Virus record (IMG/VR): IMGVR_UViG_3300023180_000010
Length of the DNA: 33,522 nt
Source of the DNA: a virus
Direction: 5' to 3' (one strand)
The translations under genes and the position numbers were made by a program. The notes under the pieces were generated by a model. That model was not told where the DNA came from. It ran no database searches and worked only from the letters and a program-made list of their open reading frames with translations. Of this stretch, positions 1 through 8,875 are shown piece by piece. How positions within the stretch are numbered: the first letter of the stretch is position 1; each line of letters opens with the position of its first letter.

Positions 1-127
1 CTTATTAGAAAGATAGTTATATAGCGGAGAGTATGCGTAAGCATTCATAGCACCAATGGTTTCAAACAAACCTGACGGTGCTTTTGCCTGAGTCTTACTA
101 AAGATAATAGGCTGAATGTTATTCGGG
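1..127. repeat. Terminal direct repeat, copy 1. Exact duplicate of 33396..33522; most simply an assembly overlap that closes a circular map
   Basis: Base-by-base identity of 1..127 (cttattagaaag...ttattcggg) with the last 127 nt of the window. The coding frame runs through the junction without interruption. Confidence 0.9.
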
Positions 128-921
128 TCAATCCTAGATGATGGAACAGTCTGCTCTGATGGAGCAGGTTCTACCTGTTGCTCAACAAATGCAGGTGAAA
201 TGTCTCCACCAGCCTCATATCGTTCTTGCAGAATAGACTTTGGTTCTTCTTTGGTGGTGGCAACAATGTCATTAAAGACACGTTCTACAGGGCTAACCAT
301 CGGGCTGTCGTCATAAGCATCAGCCTCGCTTGGCATCTCTATAGGAGTCTCAGCATATTCTATGTTAGATTTTTTTTTTAATTCTGACTTAGTGTTGGTC
401 AGGAAGTATTCTGCCTCAGACTTGCGGCGAGTAGGATACTTGTCACCAAAGTTATTTAAGTTCGCCACAGCCTCTTGCCAGTTATCAGTTGTTACCTGAC
501 GCCAAAAGTTTGGTGTGCGAGACTCAAGATCGCCATACTGGAATGCAACAGACGCAATAACAGTTGCCTTTGCTTTCTCAAGAGAGTCAAAAGATTGACC
601 AGTAGTATTTTCCCATTTGATCCGCAAATTGCTAAGAGATTGCTCTTTGGCAAACTCAGTTACAATTCGTGCTTCTTTGGTGGTTAAGTTCAAATTGCCA
701 GCAACAGCAAGCGCATCTGCACCCTTTAGTCCTAGGTACGGAATTAACTTAGCCTTAATCGCGTCAGGAAGCCCCTCTAGGTCTTGTTCGTTCCTTGCCC
801 CTAGGTCTACACCACCGCCGATGGTAACGCCGCTCTGTGAGCCTTGAGCGTCAGGTACATAACCACGAGTCTTGATGCCGCCTTCTTTGTCGAGGATAAA
901 CTTCCAATCAATGTTGGTCAT
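1..921 (-). CDS. N-terminal 307 codons of the giant internal virion/ejection protein. Carries a pesticin/T4-lysozyme-like muramidase domain and continues at 33395 on the circular map
   Basis: ATG at 921..919 overlaps the TGA of the upstream gene (ATGA). My translation MTNIDWKFILDKEGGIKTRGYVPDAQGSQSGVTIGGGVDLGARNEQDLEGLP... is open to base 1. It is in frame with ORF 29685..33464: (921-69) is divisible by 3, and 69 is equivalent to 33464. The ORF track omits it because it runs off the window edge. Confidence 0.85.
   Translation of the reverse strand, partial: MTNIDWKFILDKEGGIKTRGYVPDAQGSQSGVTIGGGVDLGARNEQDLEGLPDAIKAKLIPYLGLKGADALAVAGNLNLTTKEARIVTEFAKEQSLSNLRIKWENTTGQSFDSLEKAKATVIASVAFQYGDLESRTPNFWRQVTTDNWQEAVANLNNFGDKYPTRRKSEAEYFLTNTKSELKKKSNIEYAETPIEMPSEADAYDDSPMVSPVERVFNDIVATTKEEPKSILQERYEAGGDISPAFVEQQVEPAPSEQTVPSSRIDPNNIQPIIFSKTQAKAPSGLFETIGAMNAYAYSPLYNYLSNK
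370..379 (-). other. A10 homopolymer (T10 on the plus strand) inside the giant CDS, at the end of the lysozyme-like domain
   Basis: Minus-strand codons 181-184 read TTA AAA AAA AAA, then TCT AAC ATA G. The -1 frame reads ATC TAA and the +1 frame reads CTA ACA TAG. Confidence 0.95.
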
Positions 922-3146
922 GCGCCACCACCCATCTGGCCTTCTACGGCTTCGTTCTGTAGAATTTCTTCTAGTGTTGTGCCTAGAGAGCGATCAAGTT
1001 TTCTGCCAGTTTTCTTTTCAAACTCGCGTATTCTCTCTCTTTCGTCTGATGGCTCTTCTGCCTCTTCTTTAGCACCAGAAAGTTTAGCCGCTTCTTGTGC
1101 AAATTTAGGCGCAGATGGTGAGAAAGAAAGATAAAGAGGATCGCCTTTATCGTTTTGGGCTGGAACAGGAATAAGCATACCCAACTCATCTTTATAGAAT
1201 GCCGAATACATCACACCTAAAGTTCCAAACTCATCTGTAACACCAGTGCCACGAAGGTCTTGAGGAACAAGATATACTTGCTTGCTACCTGCTGGGCCGC
1301 CTTTACCAAGATGGAATCCATCTGGCAATTCATTATTTACAGATAAAACGAAAAGGTCACGGATAAGAGGATTAGGAATTGTGCGTTGTAATGCATAAGC
1401 AGAACGCTCAATGTTATCGCTATAAAGGGGATCAGCAACTAATTCTTTAGTATCCAGATAAACTGAATTCTTCATTGCATCTATTCTGTCAGTTACATCT
1501 TGAAGGTTTGCTCCATTAGCAAACATATACTCAGCCACTGGCTGATAGCGAGAAACCATCACTGCATCATTTCCAAACTGATGCATAAGGTATGCTTGAA
1601 GACTACTCATCTTTCCAGTTGGCTCTTTGAACACAGTCTTTAATTTAAGTGCTAGAGTATCTTTGTCTTGGAAGTTAGCCGTTACTCGAGAAACAATAGA
1701 TGGTAAATCTTCAGTGCCACTTGTAAATTGCGTTACATACCCAACAGTTTCTAAGATAGCCCTAGTGTTATCTGACAATGAATTGTACAGAAGGTCTTGT
1801 GTGTCGCCATCACGATTGGTGTAAGTCTTCAATCTAAAATAATGTTGCATCAAGTTTTGAATTTCAACATCATCATACTGCATACCCATTGCAAGGTTCT
1901 CAAGACTTTGGATCAAGCCTCTAGGTGGAACAGATGTCCGAGCGACAACATCAACAATGTTTTTATTTAACAAAGATTCTGGCATTCTGTAGTAAGAATT
2001 ACGAAACTCTTCTGGCACTCCAGCCTTATCTTGAATATCTTGATCAATAACTTCCTGATCTTTTGTGCTTGTTGCATCGCCAAGACCACCATTTATTCTG
2101 CCAAGATTATCTTTTGAACTTGCCTTCTTTGCCCTATCAGATGCCTGACTCTGAAAATTAGTAGCAGACATAGAAACAGTTTGACGAAGTTGGTCAAAGT
2201 CCTCAGCCGATACTGCGCCATAAGATATAGAATCTTCATATATAGCACGGAGGCTATCTGGCAACTGGCTTAATACACGTTCGTCACCCATAGACTGATA
2301 TGCAGTCTCAAGCAGAGTAATATCATTAATAGTCAATGGACGTTCAGCAACTTTTCCATCAGCATCTTTGAACGTAACAGTACGACCATAACTCAAAGCA
2401 TTTGGAAGATTACGTTGTTGCGCGGCGCGGCGCATTACCATCAGGTTGGAACGATACTGTGGCTCAGTAATAATACCAGCCTGTAATGCTTCCCACTGCG
2501 CTTCTTCCTCCATCTGCAAAGCAACGTTTAGTGAATTAACATCATTGCCAAAGTCTTGGATGCTGGTGGCAAATTCATTCGCATCATTAATCAAGGCATT
2601 GCGTTCTGTTGCAGTGATAGCCTCTGCTCTCTTCTGCATCAAATTTAATTTGGTGCTTGCTAAATAGTTAGAACCAACCTCACGGATAGTTTCTGCAAAC
2701 ATAGGATCAGTCGCCTTAACCATCTGAGAGATGTAGTCTTCCATTGAGACTGCATAGTTCTCTGGGCCTTGCGGGTCATACTGATACTTAATGAATAGTT
2801 CAGATGCTTTCTCTTTAATCTCAGACTCAGCCGTACGAATGTAGCGGCGGCGCATAGTATTCTTATACGCTGACTGAGCAATAGTTCCAAAACTTGCTGG
2901 TGGAGTAAATGCTTGTGCGCGACCTGTCTCTGGATCAATAGTACGGAGCAAGCCTTCTTGAGCATACTGTTCTGCTGTCTCTTGACCTAGTTGCTCTGCC
3001 TTTGGCTTTGCCGCATTCATTACATCAGCAATCAGATTGTCGGCGGCACGACCTACTGTTTGCCACAGTTGTTGCTCTCCTGTGTCAGCACGAACAACGC
3101 CAATGCGCTGATTCCGAAACTGTTGTGTTTGTTTAATGACAGCCAT
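918..3146 (-). CDS. Internal virion (core/ejection) protein, 742 aa, in the T7 gp15 position
   Basis: Long ORF coupled by TAATG to the upstream gene and by ATGA to the downstream giant gene. It lies between the tail tubular genes and the lysozyme-bearing giant protein, as in the T7 gp14-15-16 order. I recognised no catalytic motif. Confidence 0.65.
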   Translation of the reverse strand: MAVIKQTQQFRNQRIGVVRADTGEQQLWQTVGRAADNLIADVMNAAKPKAEQLGQETAEQYAQEGLLRTIDPETGRAQAFTPPASFGTIAQSAYKNTMRRRYIRTAESEIKEKASELFIKYQYDPQGPENYAVSMEDYISQMVKATDPMFAETIREVGSNYLASTKLNLMQKRAEAITATERNALINDANEFATSIQDFGNDVNSLNVALQMEEEAQWEALQAGIITEPQYRSNLMVMRRAAQQRNLPNALSYGRTVTFKDADGKVAERPLTINDITLLETAYQSMGDERVLSQLPDSLRAIYEDSISYGAVSAEDFDQLRQTVSMSATNFQSQASDRAKKASSKDNLGRINGGLGDATSTKDQEVIDQDIQDKAGVPEEFRNSYYRMPESLLNKNIVDVVARTSVPPRGLIQSLENLAMGMQYDDVEIQNLMQHYFRLKTYTNRDGDTQDLLYNSLSDNTRAILETVGYVTQFTSGTEDLPSIVSRVTANFQDKDTLALKLKTVFKEPTGKMSSLQAYLMHQFGNDAVMVSRYQPVAEYMFANGANLQDVTDRIDAMKNSVYLDTKELVADPLYSDNIERSAYALQRTIPNPLIRDLFVLSVNNELPDGFHLGKGGPAGSKQVYLVPQDLRGTGVTDEFGTLGVMYSAFYKDELGMLIPVPAQNDKGDPLYLSFSPSAPKFAQEAAKLSGAKEEAEEPSDERERIREFEKKTGRKLDRSLGTTLEEILQNEAVEGQMGGGA

Positions 3147-3592
3147 TACACACCTTTAATCTGCTGGTACTTAAACAGCCCACTAGTGATGGATGAAGCG
3201 GCAGACATCATACCAGCGCGATATGCGTTACGCCCACGCAGAATGCTAAGATCAGATTGGTAGCGTAACTTCTCACTTTCCATAAAGCCCTGCGTAGCAG
3301 ATCGTGACAAATCTGTGTAAGCAATTTCCTTCTGGCGATCTAGGAATGCGCGAACAGAACGGTCCGACGCATCACGACCAGCAAAAGCGAACCAAGCCTC
3401 GTTTGTCGCTAATGCAGAATTATATGACGCAAGGCGATCATTATGTCGCTGTTGCGTCTGCAACTCATTCATCTGACGCTCGGCTTCGTATTGTTGAGCC
3501 TCTGCGTAAGCCTGTGTCCTAGCCGCCTTCCCTTGCTGAATGGCAGAGAAAGCAGAAATTGCTGAACCAAATAATTGCAATCCCGCTAACAT
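3146..3592 (-). CDS. Small internal virion protein, 148 aa, in the T7 gp14 position
   Basis: TAATG coupling on both sides. Hydrophobic N-terminus (MLAGLQLFGSAISAFSAI) followed by a Q/A/E-rich helical region. Assigned by synteny only. Confidence 0.5.
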   Translation of the reverse strand: MLAGLQLFGSAISAFSAIQQGKAARTQAYAEAQQYEAERQMNELQTQQRHNDRLASYNSALATNEAWFAFAGRDASDRSVRAFLDRQKEIAYTDLSRSATQGFMESEKLRYQSDLSILRGRNAYRAGMMSAASSITSGLFKYQQIKGV

Positions 3593-5856
3593 TAGAACGC
3601 TACCTCTGCGATTAGACCATTAACCTGCAAGGATAATGGTGCTGTTTGTGTTATTGTGACTGTCGGGTCTTCTTTGTACCCGATCAGTCTAAATTCTTTT
3701 TTACCAGTTACAGGCGTTCTGCCCAAACTTAAATCATCTGTTACCTGACGAATCACCAGTTTCTTCCCATTGACAGATACCGATAACGTGTCAACCAAAT
3801 CCAATATAACACGATTTATCATTCTTGGATTCCCTGTTAATGGGCCATTACCAATATTTGCATCAATAGGCAAAGTCTCTAGTTCAACGTCAAACTTGTA
3901 TCCAATCTCAGCAGAGGTAATTTCTTCTACTGCGGATACATCTACATTTCCACTTGCAACAGTAAAGTCGCCTACATAGTTATCGCCATCAATTACCGAT
4001 ACTACAGCACCATTGGCAAAGTGAGATGAAACGTCAAACACGCCAGCAGTGCCAGTAAAGTCATCTGAAAAATCAAGATACAAATTAGAATCAAACTCAG
4101 TAAGAATAAACTTATCTGTGCCATCTCCTTTGTCATATTGACCTACTAAGAAGACTCGATCATCAATCGTGCATAAAGAATGAAACTTTCCATTGGTTGT
4201 AAACTCACTCCATCCAACACGATTCTCAGCACGATTAGATGTAAGAAGCGCGATGTTACCGTTGCTGTTAAGGATAAATGCGTAAGATTCAGGTCTGTTG
4301 ATAGCACCGCGCAAGATTGTCATCTGCACAGGATCACTAATCAAATGCGCAGACAAAGCCGAAATACTGTTAGCAACATAAGCGGCTTCAGCGTCAGAGT
4401 AGATGTACTCACGAACAACCGAGCCAGTTTTCTGAACAAAGATAGTCGCACCATCCAATGATTGTGGACGCACATAAGATGCACCGTAAGGAGTCTGACG
4501 CTTGATCTGCGCATTGGTTGGCGTAATTGGTTTGTCAGTAAATGCTGGAATGTACATCTCAGATGTACTAGTCATGATCTGCAAATCACGGTTTGACACA
4601 ATGTGGCGAATAGTGTTGATCTCACCAATGCTTGCAGTGAGATCAAGGGCATCACTATCTTCTGCATCGCCTACATCGAAGTTGTAATACTCGCCAGTTA
4701 CACTTGCCCAGATGCCGTCAGGCTGACCAATAGTCCCGCCAAACCACAAGCGGTTTTCGTGGAATGTAACAGCCGCAGGGAATCCGCGAAGAACACTGTA
4801 TGACTGCTCTTCCCAAGCGGTAGTAGGCGCATGAGTCTCAATTTTTGGAGAGCCACCACCAACAACAGAATCATTAGCATTTGCACCAGCAGTGACTACA
4901 AATACATTGTCATCAATAATATCTTGGACAGTTCTTGTGCCGTTAATCTGGTTTGCAGAGATGCCACCTACAGCACCAGCATGGCTAATGATAACTGTAT
5001 CACCAGTTTTCAAACCATGACCAGCCATTGTTATTTCAATATCAGCAAGGCCATCTGTAGTCTCAATAGCATCAACATCCAAGTGTACTTCTAATTTATC
5101 AATTACATCACCAGTTGCTTGAGTGGCAGATTGAACAGAAGTAATCTCAATCTCTTGACCGTGGTATCTAATAATAATCCCAACGTGCTTTGAATCAAGA
5201 TAGTTACCAGCAGTTTGAGTCCCAGTAGTATCCCAATAGTTTGCAGAGGTGGTAAGTGTTATGCCAGTCCCAGTTGTTGCCGATGGATCAAGCGTTACAC
5301 TAGTGCCTTGGAACGAATAATATGGCTGAAAGATATATTCCCCATCAGAGTCGGTATCAAAAGCAAATGGCTCAACTTGGAAATCGTTGAGGCTTGTGCG
5401 CACCAGACGGAGGGGAGAGAACGTCTGGTGGCACAAAATCATAATGTCACCAGATTGTGCAAAATTAATCTCATCAAGATAGGTATCTGTGATCGGCAGA
5501 GTGTCAGCATTTACATCTTGTGTAATAGTCTCAACAAGAGAAATAGCCCCTGTTGCTGGGTCAATCTTAAAGCAACGAATCTGCTCATGCTCAAGAGAGA
5601 TGATATAACGCTCATCATCTGAAAAGATAAAAGGAATAATCCTTACTTGCTGACGCTTGCTAGTATCAACAGTAGTATCAAACTCGTAAACTTTACGCGT
5701 ACCAAAGCGGCGCAATACGCCGCCTTCATTACGCAGAAATAGATTCTCAACCTTCTTAGCGGCTTGGGCATAGACAGGACTATCTGTGCGCGACAGCATA
5801 GAAGGACTTACTGCTCCAAACTGGAAGTTAGTAAGTGGTACTCTTACTCGTGCCAT
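3592..5856 (-). CDS. Tail tubular protein B (nozzle), T7 gp12-like, 754 aa
   Basis: Size and position directly after the tubular A-like gene. The N-terminus (MARVRVPLTNFQFGAVSPSMLSRTDSPVYAQAAKKVENL...RRFGT) matches what I recall of the gp12 family. TAATG coupling. Confidence 0.75.
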   Translation of the reverse strand: MARVRVPLTNFQFGAVSPSMLSRTDSPVYAQAAKKVENLFLRNEGGVLRRFGTRKVYEFDTTVDTSKRQQVRIIPFIFSDDERYIISLEHEQIRCFKIDPATGAISLVETITQDVNADTLPITDTYLDEINFAQSGDIMILCHQTFSPLRLVRTSLNDFQVEPFAFDTDSDGEYIFQPYYSFQGTSVTLDPSATTGTGITLTTSANYWDTTGTQTAGNYLDSKHVGIIIRYHGQEIEITSVQSATQATGDVIDKLEVHLDVDAIETTDGLADIEITMAGHGLKTGDTVIISHAGAVGGISANQINGTRTVQDIIDDNVFVVTAGANANDSVVGGGSPKIETHAPTTAWEEQSYSVLRGFPAAVTFHENRLWFGGTIGQPDGIWASVTGEYYNFDVGDAEDSDALDLTASIGEINTIRHIVSNRDLQIMTSTSEMYIPAFTDKPITPTNAQIKRQTPYGASYVRPQSLDGATIFVQKTGSVVREYIYSDAEAAYVANSISALSAHLISDPVQMTILRGAINRPESYAFILNSNGNIALLTSNRAENRVGWSEFTTNGKFHSLCTIDDRVFLVGQYDKGDGTDKFILTEFDSNLYLDFSDDFTGTAGVFDVSSHFANGAVVSVIDGDNYVGDFTVASGNVDVSAVEEITSAEIGYKFDVELETLPIDANIGNGPLTGNPRMINRVILDLVDTLSVSVNGKKLVIRQVTDDLSLGRTPVTGKKEFRLIGYKEDPTVTITQTAPLSLQVNGLIAEVAF

Positions 5857-6449
5857 TAACTGCGCCTATTCGTAATAAACCTTGATGTTACCAGTTTGCG
5901 AGATGTTTGCTGTTGTGCGTCTAGGCTTCTTGCTTTTGCCATAGCCAAGTCTGCGGCTTTCTGCATCAATGCCGCCATCGTGCTATCTCGCGCTATAGAA
6001 GTTGCGAACATTGCGGCAAGGCCATATTCGACAGCAAGAGTAAAGTATGAAGGCCAGTTTTCTTCTGATGCCCGATAAGTGTAGTCTGCTACAAGTTGAT
6101 CAGAATCATTAGTGTCAGCAAACACTTTACTGCCGTAGATGTTATATTCGATGGGGTAGTCATTTACCGTGATAGCATGAACCATCAGGTAGTCATTGGG
6201 CAGTTGATAAGCATTGTCATAGCGACCAGTTGGCTCATCCACCAAAAGGTTTAGCACCGCTTGGTTTGTTGCAAACCGCCAGCGTGTATTAACCAATGCT
6301 GTACGAGCCGCATCCTCATACATATTGACCGAGACTAATGCCTCGGTTGTACCATCGTCAAAAGATGTGATTGGTTCTGCGCCTATTAGAATTAATGCTC
6401 GGCTACAGATATCAATCGGAGAATCCGCTTTTGTGCTTGTTACTGCCAT
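5856..6449 (-). CDS. Tail tubular protein A (adaptor), T7 gp11-like, 197 aa
   Basis: First gene after the capsid terminator. Gp11-like N-terminal pattern (ICSRALILIGAEPITSFDD...RWRFA). Size matches. Confidence 0.75.
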   Translation of the reverse strand: MAVTSTKADSPIDICSRALILIGAEPITSFDDGTTEALVSVNMYEDAARTALVNTRWRFATNQAVLNLLVDEPTGRYDNAYQLPNDYLMVHAITVNDYPIEYNIYGSKVFADTNDSDQLVADYTYRASEENWPSYFTLAVEYGLAAMFATSIARDSTMAALMQKAADLAMAKARSLDAQQQTSRKLVTSRFITNRRS

Positions 6450-6450
6450 G

Positions 6451-6484
6451 TCTCTAAAATAAGGGAGGGGCGAACCCCTCCCCT
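6451..6484 (-). terminator. Intrinsic terminator/attenuator just downstream of the capsid gene
   Basis: On the minus strand: GGGAGGGG-UUCG-CCCCUCCC, followed by UUAUUUUA. The 8-bp GC stem is 6463..6470 / 6475..6482, with a UUCG tetraloop. Confidence 0.8.
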
Positions 6485-6489
6485 ACCCA

Positions 6490-7302
6490 CTAGTTGTTGT
6501 CGAGAACTTCGTATACGCCGTTGGCGTCAATCACAGTTGCACCCATCGACATCATCGAGGTTGCGAGGTGTGCGACTTTCTCAGGCACATAGTTGATCTC
6601 GGTAGAGACATCAGCATTAACACCCAAGCCTACAGCAGAGGTGTGGTATGCCATGTTCTTGCCAGCAGTGACAGCAGAGGTGGAGAAAATCTTGAAGCCC
6701 AAGAATTCTTTCATCGTCATGCCGCCAGCATATGGCAGGTTCTGATCACCAACAAAGTCGCTAGAAGCAAACTCAGTGATGTTGAACAGGTCAGCATAAC
6801 CAGATGGGTGCATCGCAATGTAGCGTTGACCGTCTTCTGGAATGTCAGCAGAACCAAAGGTTTCAAAAAGTGTCAAAAGGTCTGCTTTTACCAATGCACC
6901 AGTAGCATCAGCAATCTGAGTTGCGTTTGCGCCTGAGTCCATTGCGGCGTAGATCAGTTCATCAGTCTTGCGACCAAGGGCGGCGGCAGAAGAAGTTGCT
7001 ACAGCCTGACGCTCGTTGATGTTGATCTTCAATTCATCGAGTTTGTCGATGTATTCTGCGGCGTAGTAATCGGCCATGGTTGCTTCAACTTGCGTGTGAA
7101 CCAGTTCCATCGCGGATACATTGCCATTGCGGGTTTTGGTGGAGGCAGTGCCAGCACCAATCTTTTGGAAGCGAGTTGTCGTCCCAGTAACATTGCTTGC
7201 CGTGCGCACAGTGTTCCGCAGTTTAGAACCCATACGCTGGTAAGCCATATGTACTTCAGACTCGAACTGCTTGATAAATGCTACATCAATAGTGTTAGCC
7301 AT
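6490..7302 (-). CDS. Major capsid protein, 270 aa
   Basis: Position between the scaffold region and the tail tubular genes. It has its own 80-nt upstream spacer with an SD (gaaaggactgatgaaATG) and is followed by a strong terminator. The N-terminus MANTIDVAFIKQFESEVHMAYQRMGSKLRNTVR resembles podovirus capsid proteins I recall. Confidence 0.8.
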   Translation of the reverse strand: MANTIDVAFIKQFESEVHMAYQRMGSKLRNTVRTASNVTGTTTRFQKIGAGTASTKTRNGNVSAMELVHTQVEATMADYYAAEYIDKLDELKININERQAVATSSAAALGRKTDELIYAAMDSGANATQIADATGALVKADLLTLFETFGSADIPEDGQRYIAMHPSGYADLFNITEFASSDFVGDQNLPYAGGMTMKEFLGFKIFSTSAVTAGKNMAYHTSAVGLGVNADVSTEINYVPEKVAHLATSMMSMGATVIDANGVYEVLDNN

Positions 7303-7382
7303 TTCATCAGTCCTTTCTGATATGTTGAGTTTACTGCGGTTGTCTGCTCGGCATCTTCAACGCGATTGTCCTACTGGGTCGC

Positions 7383-7904
7383 TCAGTGCATTACAGGCCG
7401 TGGTCTTAGATAGTAAACATTATTTTGAGTTTTTTTGCAACGAGTAAATCTCACCATGGCGTGGCTAGATACTTCGTAGGCGTTTTCGTCAAGTTCAAAC
7501 CCAGACCAAAGTAGCCACATTATTGTGTGTTCGTGGTCTATTGGTATGAAGTTCTCGATTGTCTCATAATCACCTTGAAGAATATCTACCGCCTTGCGAG
7601 TGCCTCGCACAAATATTCTCCAGTTGTCTAAGATGTCGTCAGTGCCAAGCATCCAGACTCGTGCGTTCTTGCTATCAATAGGTACAGTGCCGCACATACC
7701 GATAATTTTATCATCTAGTTTTATGCTGAATGTTCTTGAGCCAACAATGAAGAAAGGATCAGTCAAGGCTTGCTCTGGGGTGACACCGTGAATCAAACAC
7801 TCACGCATATCTGGAAACCTTAACCGATCCTTTATTTCATACGCATCTTCTTTCTTAGCATAAACTAGCGAAAGGTTCTTAACCCTGCCTAGTTCTTCAG
7901 CCAT
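7383..7904 (-). CDS. Hypothetical virion-morphogenesis protein, possibly T7 gp13 / DUF2833-like, 173 aa
   Basis: ATGGCTGA overlap with the scaffold gene stop. Pattern ...IIGMCGTVPIDSKNARVWMLGTDD...HTIMWLLWSGFELD recalls the gp13/DUF2833 family. This is from memory and unverified. Confidence 0.4.
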   Translation of the reverse strand: MAEELGRVKNLSLVYAKKEDAYEIKDRLRFPDMRECLIHGVTPEQALTDPFFIVGSRTFSIKLDDKIIGMCGTVPIDSKNARVWMLGTDDILDNWRIFVRGTRKAVDILQGDYETIENFIPIDHEHTIMWLLWSGFELDENAYEVSSHAMVRFTRCKKTQNNVYYLRPRPVMH

Positions 7905-8619
7905 AAATCTTTTTGAACCCTTCTTCTACTTGGCGCACAAAGTTAGGATCACGCCGTGCTGGATTATGATAACGCTCATCCATCATCATCTGCTGGAGTT
8001 CATTTTCAGTAACTTGGAAAGAAGGTGTCGAAGTTGCGCTTGGCGAGTTGCCTTGCATCGCTTCCATAATAGTTTCCAACGCCATGACTCCCTCCGCAGT
8101 TTCGCACATTCTCTCAATAGCACCCATCTGCTCTGAAGGGAAAAACTTATTAGCAAACAACGATACAGCCTCAGTTCGCGCTGTAGCATTATCGCCCAGT
8201 TTCTTAAATTCCTCATCATAATCAGGTACTCCTTGGTTTACTGCATCAAGATACATCTTGATACCCTCAGAGAATTCATCTTGGCTATAGCCATTCTCAA
8301 AGGCGTGATTTGACCACCACTGTAAAAGTTCATTGTCGGTAGCCAAAGATTCGTCAATACCTTCTGGAAGTTCGTATTCACCAGCAGATGCAGGTCGATT
8401 TGCATATGCTTGCGATTCAATCTCTTCCATGAAAGCCTTACGGAAGTCTTCTTCTTTCTGCCCCAATTTACTTTCAAGCGATGAGTAAGCAGTTGCCAAG
8501 TCTTCAGCAGACTTGAATTTTTCTGGAAGCCACTCAGGACGCTCAACCGCAGTCTCAGTCTGGACTGCTTCTGTTGGTTCAGCACTAGCGGCAGAATTAA
8601 CTAATGATTCTTCAGCCAT
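7897..8619 (-). CDS. Capsid scaffolding protein, 240 aa
   Basis: Acidic, helical protein between portal and capsid. Motif RPEWLPEKFKSAEDLATAYSSLESKLGQ is typical of podovirus scaffolds. Confidence 0.75.
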   Translation of the reverse strand: MAEESLVNSAASAEPTEAVQTETAVERPEWLPEKFKSAEDLATAYSSLESKLGQKEEDFRKAFMEEIESQAYANRPASAGEYELPEGIDESLATDNELLQWWSNHAFENGYSQDEFSEGIKMYLDAVNQGVPDYDEEFKKLGDNATARTEAVSLFANKFFPSEQMGAIERMCETAEGVMALETIMEAMQGNSPSATSTPSFQVTENELQQMMMDERYHNPARRDPNFVRQVEEGFKKIYG

Positions 8620-8875
8620 TCTGTTTCACCCTATGTGCATGTTTGATGCGTGATTCAATAATGCCAACGATATACCGTTGACCTTCCATGTGGCGCAACT
8701 CCGCATCAGTTACAGCCGCGCCATGTACAGATTCAATAGTGATTGATCTTAGATAACGCAACACTTCTTTGCCAGCATCACTGGAAAAGAGTGTCGCTAC
8801 GTTGAGAGATATTTGTTCATCAGCCTCTTTCTTGCGCTGATGACCATCAACTCCGAGGTGTCGTTTCTCCACCAA
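8612..8875 (-). CDS. Small conserved head-module protein, Bbp19-like, 87 aa, TTG start
   Basis: TTG at 8875 is preceded by AGGAG (8887..8883) with a 7-nt spacing. Motif FSSDAGKEVLRYL...HMEGQRYIVGIIESRI resembles Bbp19-like domains (from memory). Confidence 0.5.
   Translation of the reverse strand: MVEKRHLGVDGHQRKKEADEQISLNVATLFSSDAGKEVLRYLRSITIESVHGAAVTDAELRHMEGQRYIVGIIESRIKHAHRVKQNG

Noticed and set aside
1-127. The 127-bp terminal repeat as a biological direct terminal repeat of the virion DNA
   Set aside because: The repeat falls in the middle of a coding sequence, and its exact identity at both contig ends is what an assembler overlap produces. True packaging ends cannot be inferred from it. 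Read-terminus analysis is needed.
116-1134. Four short plus-strand ORFs (116..316, 475..687, 617..847, 844..1134) at the window start
   Set aside because: All lie antisense to the continuous minus-strand frame that encodes the lysozyme-like N-terminus of the giant protein. None has an SD or a recognisable motif.
5215-6936. Plus-strand ORFs of 135 aa (5215..5622) and 122 aa (6568..6936)
   Set aside because: They are antisense to the tail tubular B and capsid genes. They have no SD, and Cys/Arg/Ile-rich composition typical of antisense frames.
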